NCBI GenBank assembly: GCA_963827275.1
Contig: CAWHAA010000005.1
Span: 672,001 to 736,000, forward strand
DNA: 64,000 bases
Direction of reading: 5' to 3'
Origin: an uncultured Spirochaetota bacterium
GTDB taxonomy: Bacteria > Spirochaetota > UBA4802 > UBA5550
Shown: piece by piece, positions 29,009-39,800 of the stretch
How the letters are laid out: every line of letters starts with the position of its first letter
How positions within the stretch are numbered: position 1 is the first letter of the stretch
Notes under the pieces: generated by a model
What the model saw: only the letters and a program-made list of their open reading frames with translations
Told to the model about the DNA's origin: nothing
The model's database searches: none
Made by a program: the position numbers and the translations under genes

Positions 29009-29851
29009 ATGAAACGCCCCCTTGCCCGGCTTGCGCCGCTCCTCGTGCTGCTGGCCCTGCCGCTGGCCGCCCTTGACGTGCCGCAGCTGAAGGGCCGCGT
29101 CAATGATTACGCCGGCATCCTCTCGCCGGGCACGGTCAGCGCGCTCGAATCCCGCCTCGCCGAGTTCGAGCGGACGGATTCGACCCAGGTGGTGGTCCTC
29201 ACCGTCCCCTCGCTCCAGGGCGACGCGATCGAGGACTTTTCCATCAGGGTCGCCGGGCAATGGAAGATCGGCCAGAAAAAGCTGGATAACGGCGCCATCA
29301 TGGTCGTCGCGAAAGAGGACCGGAGGATGCGCATCGAGGTCGGGTACGGTCTCGAAGGAACCCTCACCGACCTCCGCGCGGGAAGGATCATCGACAACAT
29401 CATGAAGCCGGCGTTCAGGGCGGGCGATTTCGACAAGGGGGTCTCGGACGGCGTTGACGCCATCATAGGGACGGTCAGGGGCGAGTTCAAGGCGTCCGAC
29501 GCGCCCATGGCGGACAAGATGCGCACCGACCCCCTGTCATTGATGACGCCCGCGCTGTTCGCGTTTTTCTTTATCGGCATCATCGGCAAGATAAAGCGGA
29601 CACTCGGCGGGGCCGCCGGCGCCGCGATCGCGCCGATAGGCGGCGGCATCCTCTTCGGGCTTTCGCCCTGGATCCTGCTGCTCATTCCGATCGGCTTTGT
29701 CATCGGCCTGATCATCCCCACGCTCATGACCCTCTTCCTGCTGACGGGAGGGGGACGGGGCGGCGGGTTCGGCGGCGGATTCAGCGGGGGCGGCGGCTTC
29801 GGCGGCGGGGGCGGCGGATTCGGCGGCGGCGGGGCCTCCGGCAGCTGGTAA
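29009..29851 (+). CDS. TPM-domain (YgcG-like) membrane protein with a Gly-rich tail
   Basis: GRVNDYAGIL, RIEVGYGLEG, GGGGFGGGGASGSW. Confidence 0.92.
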   Translation: MKRPLARLAPLLVLLALPLAALDVPQLKGRVNDYAGILSPGTVSALESRLAEFERTDSTQVVVLTVPSLQGDAIEDFSIRVAGQWKIGQKKLDNGAIMVVAKEDRRMRIEVGYGLEGTLTDLRAGRIIDNIMKPAFRAGDFDKGVSDGVDAIIGTVRGEFKASDAPMADKMRTDPLSLMTPALFAFFFIGIIGKIKRTLGGAAGAAIAPIGGGILFGLSPWILLLIPIGFVIGLIIPTLMTLFLLTGGGRGGGFGGGFSGGGGFGGGGGGFGGGGASGSW

Positions 29852-29866
29852 CGGGTGAGGAACAAC

Positions 29867-30520
29867 ATGAAAGACCTGGTAAAAAAATTTCTTTCCGAAC
29901 AAGACATGGCGATGATATCCGATTCGGTAAAAAAGGCCGAGGCGTCCACCGCGGGCGAGATCGTGCCCATGGTGGTGTCATCGAGCGGCGAATACCCGCT
30001 TGCCGCCGTCATCGGCGCGCTTGCCCTTTCGGTCCCGCTCTCCATGATCGGCACCTATTTCGCGGGCCCGCTCTTTGACCTGTTCATGAGGGACATGTGG
30101 GTCTTCCTCGGGATCGAGGCCATCCTCTTCATCATCTCCTACCTGCTGGTAAAAAACCTGCTCTGGCTCAGGAGGGCCTTCACCTCCCGCGCGGAGATTG
30201 AAGACCAGGTCTGCAGGGCGGCGGTGGCGAACTTCTACCTGAGCGGCCTGTACCGCACCAAGGATGAAACCGGCGTACTGATTTTCATATCGATATTCGA
30301 GCGCACGGTATGGGTCCTCGGGGACCGCGGCATCAATGAAAAAGTCAGGCAGGACGCCTGGGGCGAGCTCGTATCGATAATCACCGGGGGGATAAAGAGC
30401 GGAAACCAGGCGGACGCGATCTGCAGGGCGGTGGAGCGCGCCGGCGAGATCCTGCATGACCACTTCCCCATCTCCCCCGACGACAAAAACGAGCTCCCCG
30501 ACCTGATCGCCGGCAGATGA
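29867..30520 (+). CDS. TPM-domain membrane protein
   Basis: AEASTAGEIV, TGVLIFIS, GDRGI, DKNELPD; lemA operon context. Confidence 0.88.
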   Translation: MKDLVKKFLSEQDMAMISDSVKKAEASTAGEIVPMVVSSSGEYPLAAVIGALALSVPLSMIGTYFAGPLFDLFMRDMWVFLGIEAILFIISYLLVKNLLWLRRAFTSRAEIEDQVCRAAVANFYLSGLYRTKDETGVLIFISIFERTVWVLGDRGINEKVRQDAWGELVSIITGGIKSGNQADAICRAVERAGEILHDHFPISPDDKNELPDLIAGR

Positions 30521-30600
30521 TGAAAATGTATTGACCCCTGCGCCCCCTTCTTCCACTATCATACCGCCGTGTCAGCGGACCGGCCCGACATTTTTAACAT

Positions 30601-33262
30601 ATGGACAAACCAATGGAACTCCCTTCTTCATACGATCCGAAACAGGTCGAGGAAAAATGGTACAAAATATGGGAAGGCGGCGGCTATTTCCACGCGCGCG
30701 AGGATGACGGCAGGGAGCCTTACTGCATCGTCATCCCGCCGCCCAACGTGACCGGCAACCTCCACATCGGGCCACGCCCTGAACAATACGCTCCAGGACA
30801 TCCTGACGCGCTGGCAGCGGATGATGGGCAAGTCGGCGCTCTGGATGCCCGGCATGGACCATGCCGGCATCGCCACGCAGAACGTGGTGGAGCGCCTCCT
30901 GAAAGAAGAGGGCAAGACGCAAGGACGACCTGGGCCGCGAGAAGTTCGAGGAGCGGGTCTGGGAATGGAAGGAGCATTCCGGCGGCAAGATACAGAACCA
31001 GCTCCGCCGGCTCGGCTGCTCCTGCGACTGGGAGCGCGAGCGCTTCACCCTGGACAAGGGCCTTTCGCGCGCGGTGCACACGGTCTTCGCCACGCTGTAC
31101 AAGGAAGGGCTCATCTACCAGGGATACCGCATCATCAACTGGTGCCCGCGCTGCGAGACGGCGCTCTCCGACATCGAGACCGAATACCAGGACCTTGAGG
31201 GCCACCTCTGGCACATCAGCTACCCGATCGCCGGCTCGAAGGACTTCATCGTGGTGGCCACCACCCGGCCCGAGACCATGCTGGGCGACACCGGCGTGGC
31301 GGTGAACCCCGACGACGAGCGCTACAAGGACCTCGTCGGGAAGAAGGTCATCCTCCCCCTCATGAACAGGGAGATCCCGGTCTTCGCCGACCACTTCGTC
31401 GACAAGGAATTCGGCACCGGCCTGGTGAAGGTCACGCCCGGCCCACGACCCGAACGACTTCGAGATGGGCAAGCGGCACAACCTCGGAGAGATCAACATC
31501 CTGGACAAGAACGGCAACATCAACGAAAACGGCGGGCCGTACCAGGGCCTGTCGCGCTTCGACGCGCGCAAGAAGGTCGTGGAGGACCTTGAGAAGCTCG
31601 GCCTCCTCGTCAAGATCGAAAAGCACCTCCACGCGGTGGGGCACTGCTACCGGTGCCACACCATCATCGAGCCGTACCTGTCGAAGCAGTGGTTCGTGAA
31701 GATCAAGCCGCTTGCCGACGAGGCGATCAAGGCCGTCGAGGACGGCAGGATCCGCTTCGTGCCGAAGAACTGGGAAAAGACCTACTTCGAATGGATGCAC
31801 AACATCCGCGACTGGTGCATCTCCCGCCAGCTCTGGTGGGGCCACCGCATCCCGGCCTTCTACTGCGACGACTGCGGCACATCACCGTGCAGGTCGACGA
31901 TCCGACCGAATGCGAAAAATGCGGATCAAAGAAGATCCGGCAGGACGAGGACGTGCTGGACACCTGGTTCTCCTCCGGGCTCTGGCCCTTCTCGACGCTG
32001 GGCTGGCCGGACAAGACCCCGGCCCTCGAAAAATATTATCCCACCAGCGTGCTGGTGACCGCCTTCGACATCATCTTTTTCTGGGTGGCGCGCATGATCA
32101 TGATGGGCCTCAAGTTCATGGGCGACGTCCCGTTCCGCGACGTCTACATCCACGCCCTGATCCGCGACGAACAGGGCGCGAAGATGAGCAAGTCGAAGGG
32201 GAACGTCATCGATCCGCTCATCATGATGGACCAGTACGGCACCGACGCGCTCCGCTTCACCCTGGCCATGCTGGCCGCCCAGGGGCGGGACATCATACTC
32301 TCCGAGAAGCGGATCGAGGGATACCGCACCTTCTGCAACAAGATATGGAACGCCACCCGCTTCATCCTGATGAACCTGGGAGAGGGCTTCCAGGAGCGCG
32401 AGCTTGCCGCCGGCCGAGCTCGAGCCCTTCGACCGCTGGATACTCCACCGCCTCAACGAGACGGTGCGCGGCGTGCAGCGCGGCGTTCGAGGAATACAAG
32501 TTCAACGACGCGGCGCATGCCATCTACACCTTCTGGTGGCACGAGTTCTGCGACTGGTACATCGAGCTGACCAAGCAGCGCCTCTACGGGACAGGCCCCG
32601 ACATGGCACAGAGCTCCGACACCGCGAAGCAGGTGCTGTTCTACGTGCTGAAAAAATCGATACAGCTTCTCCATCCCTTCATGCCCTTCATCACCGAGGA
32701 GATCTGGGACAGGATCAAGGGAAAGGACGACGGCCTCATCCTGGTGTCGTCCTGGCCGGAGCCGCGCGCCGAGTTCGATTTCGTGAAGGAATCGGAGGAG
32801 ACGGCGCTCTTCCAGGAGATCGTGTACCGCATCAGGAACATCCGGGGCGAGATGAACGTCCCCCCCGACAGGAAGGCGTCTGTCGTTTTCAAGACCTCCA
32901 GCGAGAAGATCGCTTCGATCATCCGGCGCGAGGACCTGCATATCAAGGCGCTGGCGAAGGTCGACGCCGTGACGATAGACCCCGCCTATGCGCCGGCGGG
33001 CACGGACGCGTCGGCGGTCATCGCCGACATGGAGATATTCCTGCCGCTCAAGGGGCTGATCGATTTCGACAAAGAGCGGGCGCGCATCGACAAGGAGATC
33101 GAGAAGACCCGCGCCGACCTTGCGAAGGTGGACGCGAAGCTCGCGAACGAGAACTTCACGGGCCGGGCGCCGGCGGACGTGATCGAGAACGAAAAAACGA
33201 AGCGCGCCGGCTTCGCCGAGATACTCGCGAAGCTCGAGGCCAGCCGGGCGAAACTGGGGTGA
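30601..33262 (+). CDS. valS: Valine--tRNA ligase with ~6 single-base frameshifts (probable assembly errors)
   Basis: [49 protein letters not shown] and the C-terminal coiled coil occur in order across frames; shifts near 30770, 30920, 31440, 31878, 32410 and 32478. Confidence 0.93.
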
Positions 33263-33340
33263 GAACAGCCACAAAACCGCCCCACCCCATCACCCCCCCC
33301 CCGCTCCTTAATTATCGCAGAATATGCTTTTCATGGATGA

Positions 33341-33500
33341 ATGCCGCAATTATGCCGCGAAAAAGCGATACGATACTATGGGATATACGCGCATGGCATT
33401 AAACATACGTTCGATCAGATAACGCGAAAGACCCGGGCGCACGCGATAGAGCATTCTTTCGACACAAATCCGGAGCACTCCCCGGACTACTGTATATATC
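33341..33500 (+). mobile_element. Decayed fragment resembling the C-terminus of an IS91-family (Y2 HUH) transposase
   Basis: KAIRYYGIYA followed by AIEHSFDTNPEHSPDYC, similar to the IRYYG...I...F..DP..CP.C tail of IS91-like transposases; no N-terminal part. Confidence 0.45.
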
Positions 33501-33761
33501 CCTTGAAAGATTCGGGGCTGAGACATGGATGTCGAAGTCCCGGCGCGCGGCAGGATGCCGCGAAAAACGCCGGGAGAAGACCCACCTGCTCCATGCCGGA
33601 TATTTCAGAATAAAGAAGGGGCCGTAATGCTTGATTTCTCTCAAAAATTCCCGAAAATTTCTTGCTATTTGGACAAACCGCTGTTGTACTAGTCAACGGG
33701 TAGGCATTCTTTTCACAATTTCAAAAATTTTTCTCAATTTTCAAGTCGAGCGCAAAAATTT

Positions 33762-33849
33762 AAGCCTCTGTCCAGCGCTTTTTGTGTTAGAAAGGGCCTT
33801 ATTTGAGAGGTGGCAGGTTCAGATAAAACGTATTGTGTCCCCTGGGCCT
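33762..33849 (+). repeat. 88-bp imperfect direct repeat, copy 1
   Basis: Ungapped match to 34533-34620: first 22 bp identical (AAGCCTCTGTCCAGCGCTTTTT), 72/88 identical overall by manual count. Confidence 0.9.
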
Positions 33850-33879
33850 TTACCTGAGAGGGAGCAGATTCTTAGAAAG

Positions 33880-34239
33880 TTATAAGAATTTTTCGACAGA
33901 CGTATTGAACAAATCAGCCAGCTTCTTGGCGACATGCTTCCCGATGGGGCGTCGGCTGTTTTCCATATCGGAAATATGATGACGGGAAATACCACCGAGC
34001 TTCTTCCCAAGCTGATCTTGGGTCAAACCCCTTGTTTCGCGGTAAACCCTCATGTGGTCTCCCGGTTTCATTTCAGCCGTAATTTTCTTGTACCAATCCA
34101 TATTCTTGGCAAGTTCATATTCATCGTCTTCAACAATAAGCTTGTCGCCAAAATCTTCTTTCAAGACCTTTAGGAGTTTGCCTGAAATAACTCCCTCGAT
34201 ATTTATTTTAGTACGGGGCGTTTTCACGTGAACCTGCAT
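33880..34239 (-). CDS. XRE-family HTH antitoxin (HigA-like)
   Basis: RVYRETRGLTQDQLGKKLGGISRHHISDMENSRRPIG HTH; directly downstream of the toxin-like gene. Confidence 0.82.
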   Translation of the reverse strand: MQVHVKTPRTKINIEGVISGKLLKVLKEDFGDKLIVEDDEYELAKNMDWYKKITAEMKPGDHMRVYRETRGLTQDQLGKKLGGISRHHISDMENSRRPIGKHVAKKLADLFNTSVEKFL

Positions 34240-34474
34240 AATATACCTCGATTATTATAGAATTATTCTCGTTTTTCCAACAAGCTACCCAGCTATAAGC
34301 TAAATGACAATGATAATCATTTTCCCCTAATTTGCTGTAATTGCTCCATTCTCTCCGTTCTGGACCATTTTCTTCCAAATCATCAACAAGTCGCTTCATT
34401 TTCATTCGAATTGCTTTCGGCATTTTCTCTATATTTTTTTTCGATTTCTTGTTGATGTATACTTCATGTTTCAT
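34208..34474 (-). CDS. RelE/HigB-like toxin
   Basis: 88 aa, basic; KNIEKMPKAIR...YHCHL...WVACW...EVYYAGSRENAPY; toxin-first order with an HTH gene. Confidence 0.72.
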   Translation of the reverse strand: MKHEVYINKKSKKNIEKMPKAIRMKMKRLVDDLEENGPERREWSNYSKLGENDYHCHLAYSWVACWKNENNSIIIEVYYAGSRENAPY

Positions 34475-34480
34475 ACTGAT

Positions 34481-34509
34481 AATGTACCCAATTACGGGAA
34501 CAATGTCAA
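34481..34509 (-). promoter_or_regulatory. Sigma70 promoter with an overlapping palindromic operator for the TA pair
   Basis: TTGACA-17 nt-TACATT ending 6 nt before the toxin ATG; imperfect inverted repeat TGTACCC-N6-GGGAACA at 34483-34502. Confidence 0.65.
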
Positions 34510-34532
34510 GCATTATTTTTCTGTAAAATTTC

Positions 34533-34620
34533 AAGCCTCTGTCCAGCGCTTTTTCTGCCGGAGGGGGCTTGATGTGAGAGGGGGCGGCTTCACATTAAAC
34601 GCATTGTGTCCCGTGGGCCT
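34533..34620 (+). repeat. 88-bp imperfect direct repeat, copy 2
   Basis: Matches 33762-33849 at an offset of 771 bp. Confidence 0.9.
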
Positions 34621-34666
34621 ATTCTTATGAGGATGCAATTCCCCAAAAGCAAAAAGCCATAGCGAG

Positions 34667-35155
34667 TTATTTCCCGCAGCCGCCCCCGTCCTTCTCCGCG
34701 ATGCGCTCCGCGAGCCTGCGCTTCCGCCGCTCCTGCGCCTCGCAGCTCCGCCGTTTCTCGTCCTCCGTCTCGAAGCTGACGGGGGGGATCACGGTCGGCC
34801 TCCCCTCCGCGTCAAGCGCGACATAGGTGAGATACGCCGATGACGTGTGGCGCACCTCGCCCGTGATCATGTTTTCCGCCTCGACGCGCACCCCGATCTC
34901 CATGGAGGTCTTTCCGACATAGTTGATGCTCGCGGTGATCCGGATCAGGTTGCCCACGAAGACCGGGCTGTGGAAATCGAGCCGGTCTATGGATGCGGTG
35001 ACCGGGTTTTTCCCGGTATGGCGCGCCGCCACGATCCCCGCGGTATTGTCGATCAGCTTCATGATGGTGCCGCCATGGACATTCCCGGCGAGGTTCGCGT
35101 CCATCTGGGTCATGTGCTGCACGATGGTGATGCTTGAATCCTTTACTGTTTTCAT
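34667..35155 (-). CDS. Acyl-CoA thioesterase (hotdog fold)
   Basis: DANLAGNVHGGTIMKLID, VTASID, GKTSMEIGVRV. Confidence 0.92.
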   Translation of the reverse strand: MKTVKDSSITIVQHMTQMDANLAGNVHGGTIMKLIDNTAGIVAARHTGKNPVTASIDRLDFHSPVFVGNLIRITASINYVGKTSMEIGVRVEAENMITGEVRHTSSAYLTYVALDAEGRPTVIPPVSFETEDEKRRSCEAQERRKRRLAERIAEKDGGGCGK

Positions 35156-35165
35156 GCATTCCCCC

Positions 35166-36101
35166 TTAACGGCAGCAGGTCCCCGAATCGGAACAGATCC
35201 TGGTGTTCTCGACCTGGAGGGTCGTGTGCCGTATCCCGTATTTTTCTTCCAGCATTGTATTGACGCTTTTTATTATCTCGTCGGTATCGCTCCCGTCGGC
35301 CTGCCCGCATACGCAGAGGTGGCACGAGAGGAACACCTCGTTCGAATTTATCGACCAGATATGGAGGCCGTGAACATCCCCCACGTTCCCGACGCGTGAG
35401 ATGTCGCGGAGGACCTCGTCCATGTCGATGTGGGCCGGCGTTCCCTGCAAAATTATCCGGGCGGATTCCCGTATGATCGAGAAGGAGCTCGCGGCGATCA
35501 TGAGGACAATCGCAAGGCTCATGATCAGGTCCACGATGGCGATCCCGGTGAGGTAGAGCACGATCCCCGCGGCGATGACGGCCGCGGAAGAGACGGTATC
35601 GTAGAGCAGGTGCAGGAACGCCGCCTTCAGGTTCAGGGTCCTCCCCCGCTCCTTCGCCAGCAGCAGCATCGAGAAGAGGTTCCCCGCCAGGCCGACCGCG
35701 GCCACCGGCAGCATGATGCTGACGTTGATCGGGACCGGGTGGAGGTAGCGCGCGGCCGCCTCGTACACGATATAAAAACCGATCCCGAGCAGCGACACCG
35801 CGTTCACGAGCGCCACGATCACCTCGAAGCGCTTCAGGCCGAAGCTGAACTTCTTGTCCGGCTTTTTCTCCGAGATCCGCTCGCCGGCATAGCCGAGCGC
35901 CAGGGAGAGCACGTCGGAAAAGTTATGGCCGGCGTCCGATATGAGCGCAAGGCTGCCCGAAAGCACGCCGCCGATGTATTCGGCCGCGGTGATGACCGCG
36001 TTAAAAAATATCACCAGCGCGAGCCTGGTGCCGCTTGCCGGGGCGCCGTGCCCGTGGACGCCATGGGAGTGGTCATTGTGCGCATGCCCGTATGCCGCCA
36101 T
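35166..36101 (-). CDS. Cation diffusion facilitator (CzcD/ZitB-like Zn/Co/Cd exporter)
   Basis: His-rich N-terminus, SLALISDAGHNFSD, AFLHLLYD, VHGLHIW, HTTLQVE. Confidence 0.92.
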   Translation of the reverse strand: MAAYGHAHNDHSHGVHGHGAPASGTRLALVIFFNAVITAAEYIGGVLSGSLALISDAGHNFSDVLSLALGYAGERISEKKPDKKFSFGLKRFEVIVALVNAVSLLGIGFYIVYEAAARYLHPVPINVSIMLPVAAVGLAGNLFSMLLLAKERGRTLNLKAAFLHLLYDTVSSAAVIAAGIVLYLTGIAIVDLIMSLAIVLMIAASSFSIIRESARIILQGTPAHIDMDEVLRDISRVGNVGDVHGLHIWSINSNEVFLSCHLCVCGQADGSDTDEIIKSVNTMLEEKYGIRHTTLQVENTRICSDSGTCCR

Positions 36102-36102
36102 A

Positions 36103-36459
36103 TCACCACCCCTCATTGATGTGCTCGAAGCCCTGCCCTATGATCTGCTTCACGTGGTCATCGTCCAGCGAATAGAGTATGGACCTCCCCTCCCGCCGGT
36201 ACTTCACGAGCCGCGACTGCTTCAGCACGCGCAGCTGGTGGGATACGGCGGACTGGCTCATTGCCACCAGCGCGGCGATATCATGGACGCACAGCTCGGA
36301 ACGCGACAGGTGGAAGAGTATTTTTGTCCTGGTGACGTCCCCGAAGACCCGGAAAAACTCGGACAGCGCCATGAAGCGCGATTCGTCCGGCACCGTTTCC
36401 CTCTTTTTTTTATCATCCGGGCGCACCGCTCCGGCGGGCGCATGGCGTATTTTATTCAT
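36103..36459 (-). CDS. ArsR/SmtB-family metal-sensing repressor
   Basis: ELCVHDIA, SQSAVSHQLRVL, alpha5-type site DDHVKQIIGQGFEHINE. Confidence 0.92.
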   Translation of the reverse strand: MNKIRHAPAGAVRPDDKKKRETVPDESRFMALSEFFRVFGDVTRTKILFHLSRSELCVHDIAALVAMSQSAVSHQLRVLKQSRLVKYRREGRSILYSLDDDHVKQIIGQGFEHINEGW

Positions 36460-36482
36460 GACTTTGCCGCCTCTTATAACTC

Positions 36483-36506
36483 ATATATGAACATATAATC
36501 ATATAT
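36483..36506. promoter_or_regulatory. SmtB/CzrA-type operator
   Basis: Perfect inverted repeat ATATATGA-N8-TCATATAT just upstream of the ArsR gene; minus-strand TTGACA at 36515-36520. Confidence 0.75.
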
Positions 36507-36741
36507 TAGTTATTTGTCAAGAAAAAAAAGCGGTTCCCCGCCGCTGGATTTCCGGCATGAGGCCCCCGAAGCCGCCCCGCGGGGCACGTAGAGGCAGACC
36601 GGCAGTTCTTCATCATCCGCCTGCCCCGTCCGTTCTCAGCCCGAGTGCCGCTGCCCGTACAAGGGCCATTCAAATGGAAAGAAGAGGCCTAAACTCAAGA
36701 GGGGACCCGCACCGCATCAGCGCAGTATTTCACCCGGACAA

Positions 36742-38292
36742 TCAACCCGCGACGGTCATGGAGCGCGACAGGCCGCCAAGGCGTTCCGCCATGCCGGTAA
36801 TTACCCCGAGTGCGTCTGATATCCTGGACGCGATCTCCACTATATGCTGCGAACCCTCGGAGATATGGCCCGACGTGTTGTTCAGCTCCTCAGTCGAGGA
36901 CTTCTGTTCTCCCATGGAGTATTCAATGGAGCCGCTTATGCTGTGGATCTTGTCGTTCAGCTTGGTAATGGACATCACCATATTGTTGATGTCGACGTTC
37001 AGCTTCGCCACCTCCGCCATCTCGTCCTTGATATTCAATATGAAATCATTGAGCCTGCCGATCATATCGGTCGATTCGTCAATTATCATACTGCTGTCGT
37101 CGATGAGGACATGGTTCTTATTGATGATATTGGCTATTTCCTTCGAATTGCTTGTTGTGGCATCGGCGAGCTTCGATATTTCATCGGCGACAACGGCGAA
37201 GCCGCGGCCGTGCTCCCCGGCGCGGGCCGCCTCGATGGCCGCGTTGAGGGAGAGAAGGTTGACCTTGTCCGCAATGTCATTGATAAGCTGGATGAAATTC
37301 GACATCTCCCTGCTTTGGTCCTTTAATATGGAAAACTTCTCGCGGGCATCCATGATCTTGTTTGATGACCGGGAGGAATGCGCCGCGATTTCCGCCAGGG
37401 CGTTGTTTATCTGGGTATTGCTGGTCTGCACCTTGTCGTTCACGGCCTTCATGTCATTGACCGACCTGACGTTGTCGCTCAATTCAGAGTGAAGGGACGA
37501 CACTATATCACTCAAGGAATCGGAGTTGGTCGACAGCTCCTCGACCGCAGCCGACACCTCCTCGAGAGAGGCAGCCTGGTCCTGCGAAATGGCATTGAGT
37601 GATTCCGAAGTCACCCTGATGTTGCCTGTCTCGCCTTCAAGGATCCTGACGGCTTCCACGATCTCACCGGCAGCCGTTGTCAGGTCTTCGGAGTTCCTTC
37701 TCGCTTCTTCGTTCTTGATGATGGCAAGCTTCAGGATTTTTTTGGTGGCCTCGGATCCCACGGCCGCCCCGATGCCCACCCAGAAGTAGACCAGGTACTT
37801 GATCACCATGTTGCTGGCCGGACCTCCCGGCATAAGTTCAGGCCTGAGGATAAACAATGACGTCTGTGATATGATCACCATCACAAAACAAAATATTGAT
37901 GTTTTCCAGTCAAAATAAAAAACACTTAATGACAGGGCGATGTAATGCAGGGCGGAAAGCTCTGTGGCGCCGTATATGACATACTGGAAAAACCAGAGAC
38001 AGGCCAGCACCCCGGTGATCGATATATAACTGGATACCTTTTTCCCCCTGGTCTTTCTTTCCAGGATGAATGTTACAAATAATACACCGACAATCAGAAA
38101 GGTTTCAATGGCGATATCGGCCCATTCAAGATATTGCGAACCCTTTCCGGCAAGCTTGATCAGGATAGTGGCGATATTGGCCATCAGAAAAATTGATGTT
38201 ATGGCCACGAGCATGCGTTTGTTGTTGCCGGCAAGGACATTTTCAAAGATCGGGTTGTTTTCCAGAGTCGTTTTTCCTATTGTTGACGCCAT
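36742..38292 (-). CDS. Methyl-accepting chemotaxis protein with a membrane-embedded sensor region
   Basis: ~6 N-terminal TMs; [32 protein letters not shown]. Confidence 0.93.
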   Translation of the reverse strand: MASTIGKTTLENNPIFENVLAGNNKRMLVAITSIFLMANIATILIKLAGKGSQYLEWADIAIETFLIVGVLFVTFILERKTRGKKVSSYISITGVLACLWFFQYVIYGATELSALHYIALSLSVFYFDWKTSIFCFVMVIISQTSLFILRPELMPGGPASNMVIKYLVYFWVGIGAAVGSEATKKILKLAIIKNEEARRNSEDLTTAAGEIVEAVRILEGETGNIRVTSESLNAISQDQAASLEEVSAAVEELSTNSDSLSDIVSSLHSELSDNVRSVNDMKAVNDKVQTSNTQINNALAEIAAHSSRSSNKIMDAREKFSILKDQSREMSNFIQLINDIADKVNLLSLNAAIEAARAGEHGRGFAVVADEISKLADATTSNSKEIANIINKNHVLIDDSSMIIDESTDMIGRLNDFILNIKDEMAEVAKLNVDINNMVMSITKLNDKIHSISGSIEYSMGEQKSSTEELNNTSGHISEGSQHIVEIASRISDALGVITGMAERLGGLSRSMTVAG

Positions 38293-38581
38293 ATAACACC
38301 TTTTAAAAACATGTAATTAATACATCTGTCTTGGCAATACGGTATTTCGTCAAGACAAAGATATTACCCGCGCATAATGACCGAGAAGGGTCCGGTCTAA
38401 AAAAACGCATTGTATTCCGTGGCCTGCTTCCGTATCAGTCCACAATTCCCGGAAAGACCAAGAAACCTCTATACACGCCCTCTGAGGGGGGTCTGCCCCC
38501 CGGCGGGGGCCTGGAAGATAAAAGTATTGATAAACCCCGCCGCATTTCCTAAAGTGTCTCACCATGCTGGACAGAACGACC

Positions 38582-39796
38582 ATGAAACGCTTTCTCACCA
38601 TGCTTATCGCGGCGGCGCTCGCCGCCGGCCTTGCCGGCAGCGCGGCATCAAAGCCGACGATGAGAAAGACCGTAAAAAAGAAAAACAGCATCGCCGTCGT
38701 CAAGAGCAAGTACGACGATGTCGACCTGGTGCTGTCCAATTTCCACATACCGCACGACCTCCTGGCCTACCGCGACCTGGAGTATCCCGAGCGGGTGCTC
38801 GGGTACCGCTCTCTCTTTGTCCCCAGCGGCATCGACAATCCCATAGAAGAGATGATCGACGTGCGCTCAAGCAGCGTCAGGTTGAAATCCGTCGCCCTCA
38901 AGCCCGACTTCTACGAAGTGAACAGGGACAAGGTCGCCCGCACCCTGCGGCGCTTCGTGCGGAAGGGGGGAGCCGCGTATTTCTCCGGCTACTCGTATGA
39001 ATTTATCCAGAGGGCCTTCGGGATGCTCGAGTTTTTCGACAATTTTCCCTACATGGGCATGCCGGCGCGGCTGGAAGCGAAGGTTACCGGCGACCTCTCC
39101 CGCTTCAGCAGAAAAAACATGGTCGCCCTGTACATGGACCACCCCGGCTGGATCGCGGTCAAGTCCGCTCGCGGCGCGGAGGTGCTGGCCAGCGCCCGTT
39201 ATGAAACGCCCCGGGGCGTCCGTTCCGGACCGGTCAACTTCATCGCCCGGCGGGGGAGCGGGGAGCTGCTCTACACCAGCTACGACAGCACCGTGTACAG
39301 CGCATTCCGCCGCTTCAACATCTACCGCATAGCGGGAGCGCACCTGATCGAGACGTACGAGGACAGGGCCTTCCGCTGGGGGCAGTCGGTGACCGGCAGG
39401 CTGGTCAACGCGGTCCAGGGCGGCGAGTACGCGGCATATCACCGCATCGACATCGAGAAGGGGAGCAACACCATATATTTTTACTCCGAGAGCGACCCCT
39501 TCCAGGTCGACATCGTGGACCGGGGCTACTCGCTGATTGAATCCCGCGACATCCTCGCGCGCGAGCAGATGTTTACCGTAAAGGCGGAGCGCAGTGACCA
39601 CTGCTATATCAGATTATATCCTTCCACCAGCGGCAGGTACGGCCTCTATACCGTGGTCTCCGCGTCAGGCAGGAGGATATTCCCCTACCTGTACCACGTC
39701 CTGATAGCTCTCGGGATCGCGGCCGTGGCCGCGGCGGCTTTTTTTATCTTCAAGTTCTTCCCCGTTTCAGGATACCGGGGGCGCTGGCGGGGATAG
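38582..39796 (+). CDS. Hypothetical exported protein with a C-terminal membrane anchor
   Basis: Signal peptide, long ORF, C-terminal hydrophobic helix; no family recognised. Confidence 0.7.
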   Translation: MKRFLTMLIAAALAAGLAGSAASKPTMRKTVKKKNSIAVVKSKYDDVDLVLSNFHIPHDLLAYRDLEYPERVLGYRSLFVPSGIDNPIEEMIDVRSSSVRLKSVALKPDFYEVNRDKVARTLRRFVRKGGAAYFSGYSYEFIQRAFGMLEFFDNFPYMGMPARLEAKVTGDLSRFSRKNMVALYMDHPGWIAVKSARGAEVLASARYETPRGVRSGPVNFIARRGSGELLYTSYDSTVYSAFRRFNIYRIAGAHLIETYEDRAFRWGQSVTGRLVNAVQGGEYAAYHRIDIEKGSNTIYFYSESDPFQVDIVDRGYSLIESRDILAREQMFTVKAERSDHCYIRLYPSTSGRYGLYTVVSASGRRIFPYLYHVLIALGIAAVAAAAFFIFKFFPVSGYRGRWRG

Positions 39797-39800
39797 CGGC

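Noticed and set aside
29748..29848. GGC-rich tandem sequence
   Set aside because: It encodes the normal Gly-rich tail of TPM/YgcG proteins.
30601..33262. valS (and carA) as pseudogenes or programmed frameshift genes
   Set aside because: All catalytic motifs are intact, the shifts share no slippery motif, and similar indels are scattered through unrelated genes; assembly error is more parsimonious.
34220..34235. parS-like palindrome GTTTTCACGTGAACCT
   Set aside because: Four mismatches to TGTTTCACGTGAAACA, and it lies in the coding overlap of an accessory TA pair.
33762..34620. Direct repeats as integron attC sites
   Set aside because: No convincing RYYYAAC...GTTRRRY pairing seen by eye and no integrase in the window; kept only as unexplained repeats.
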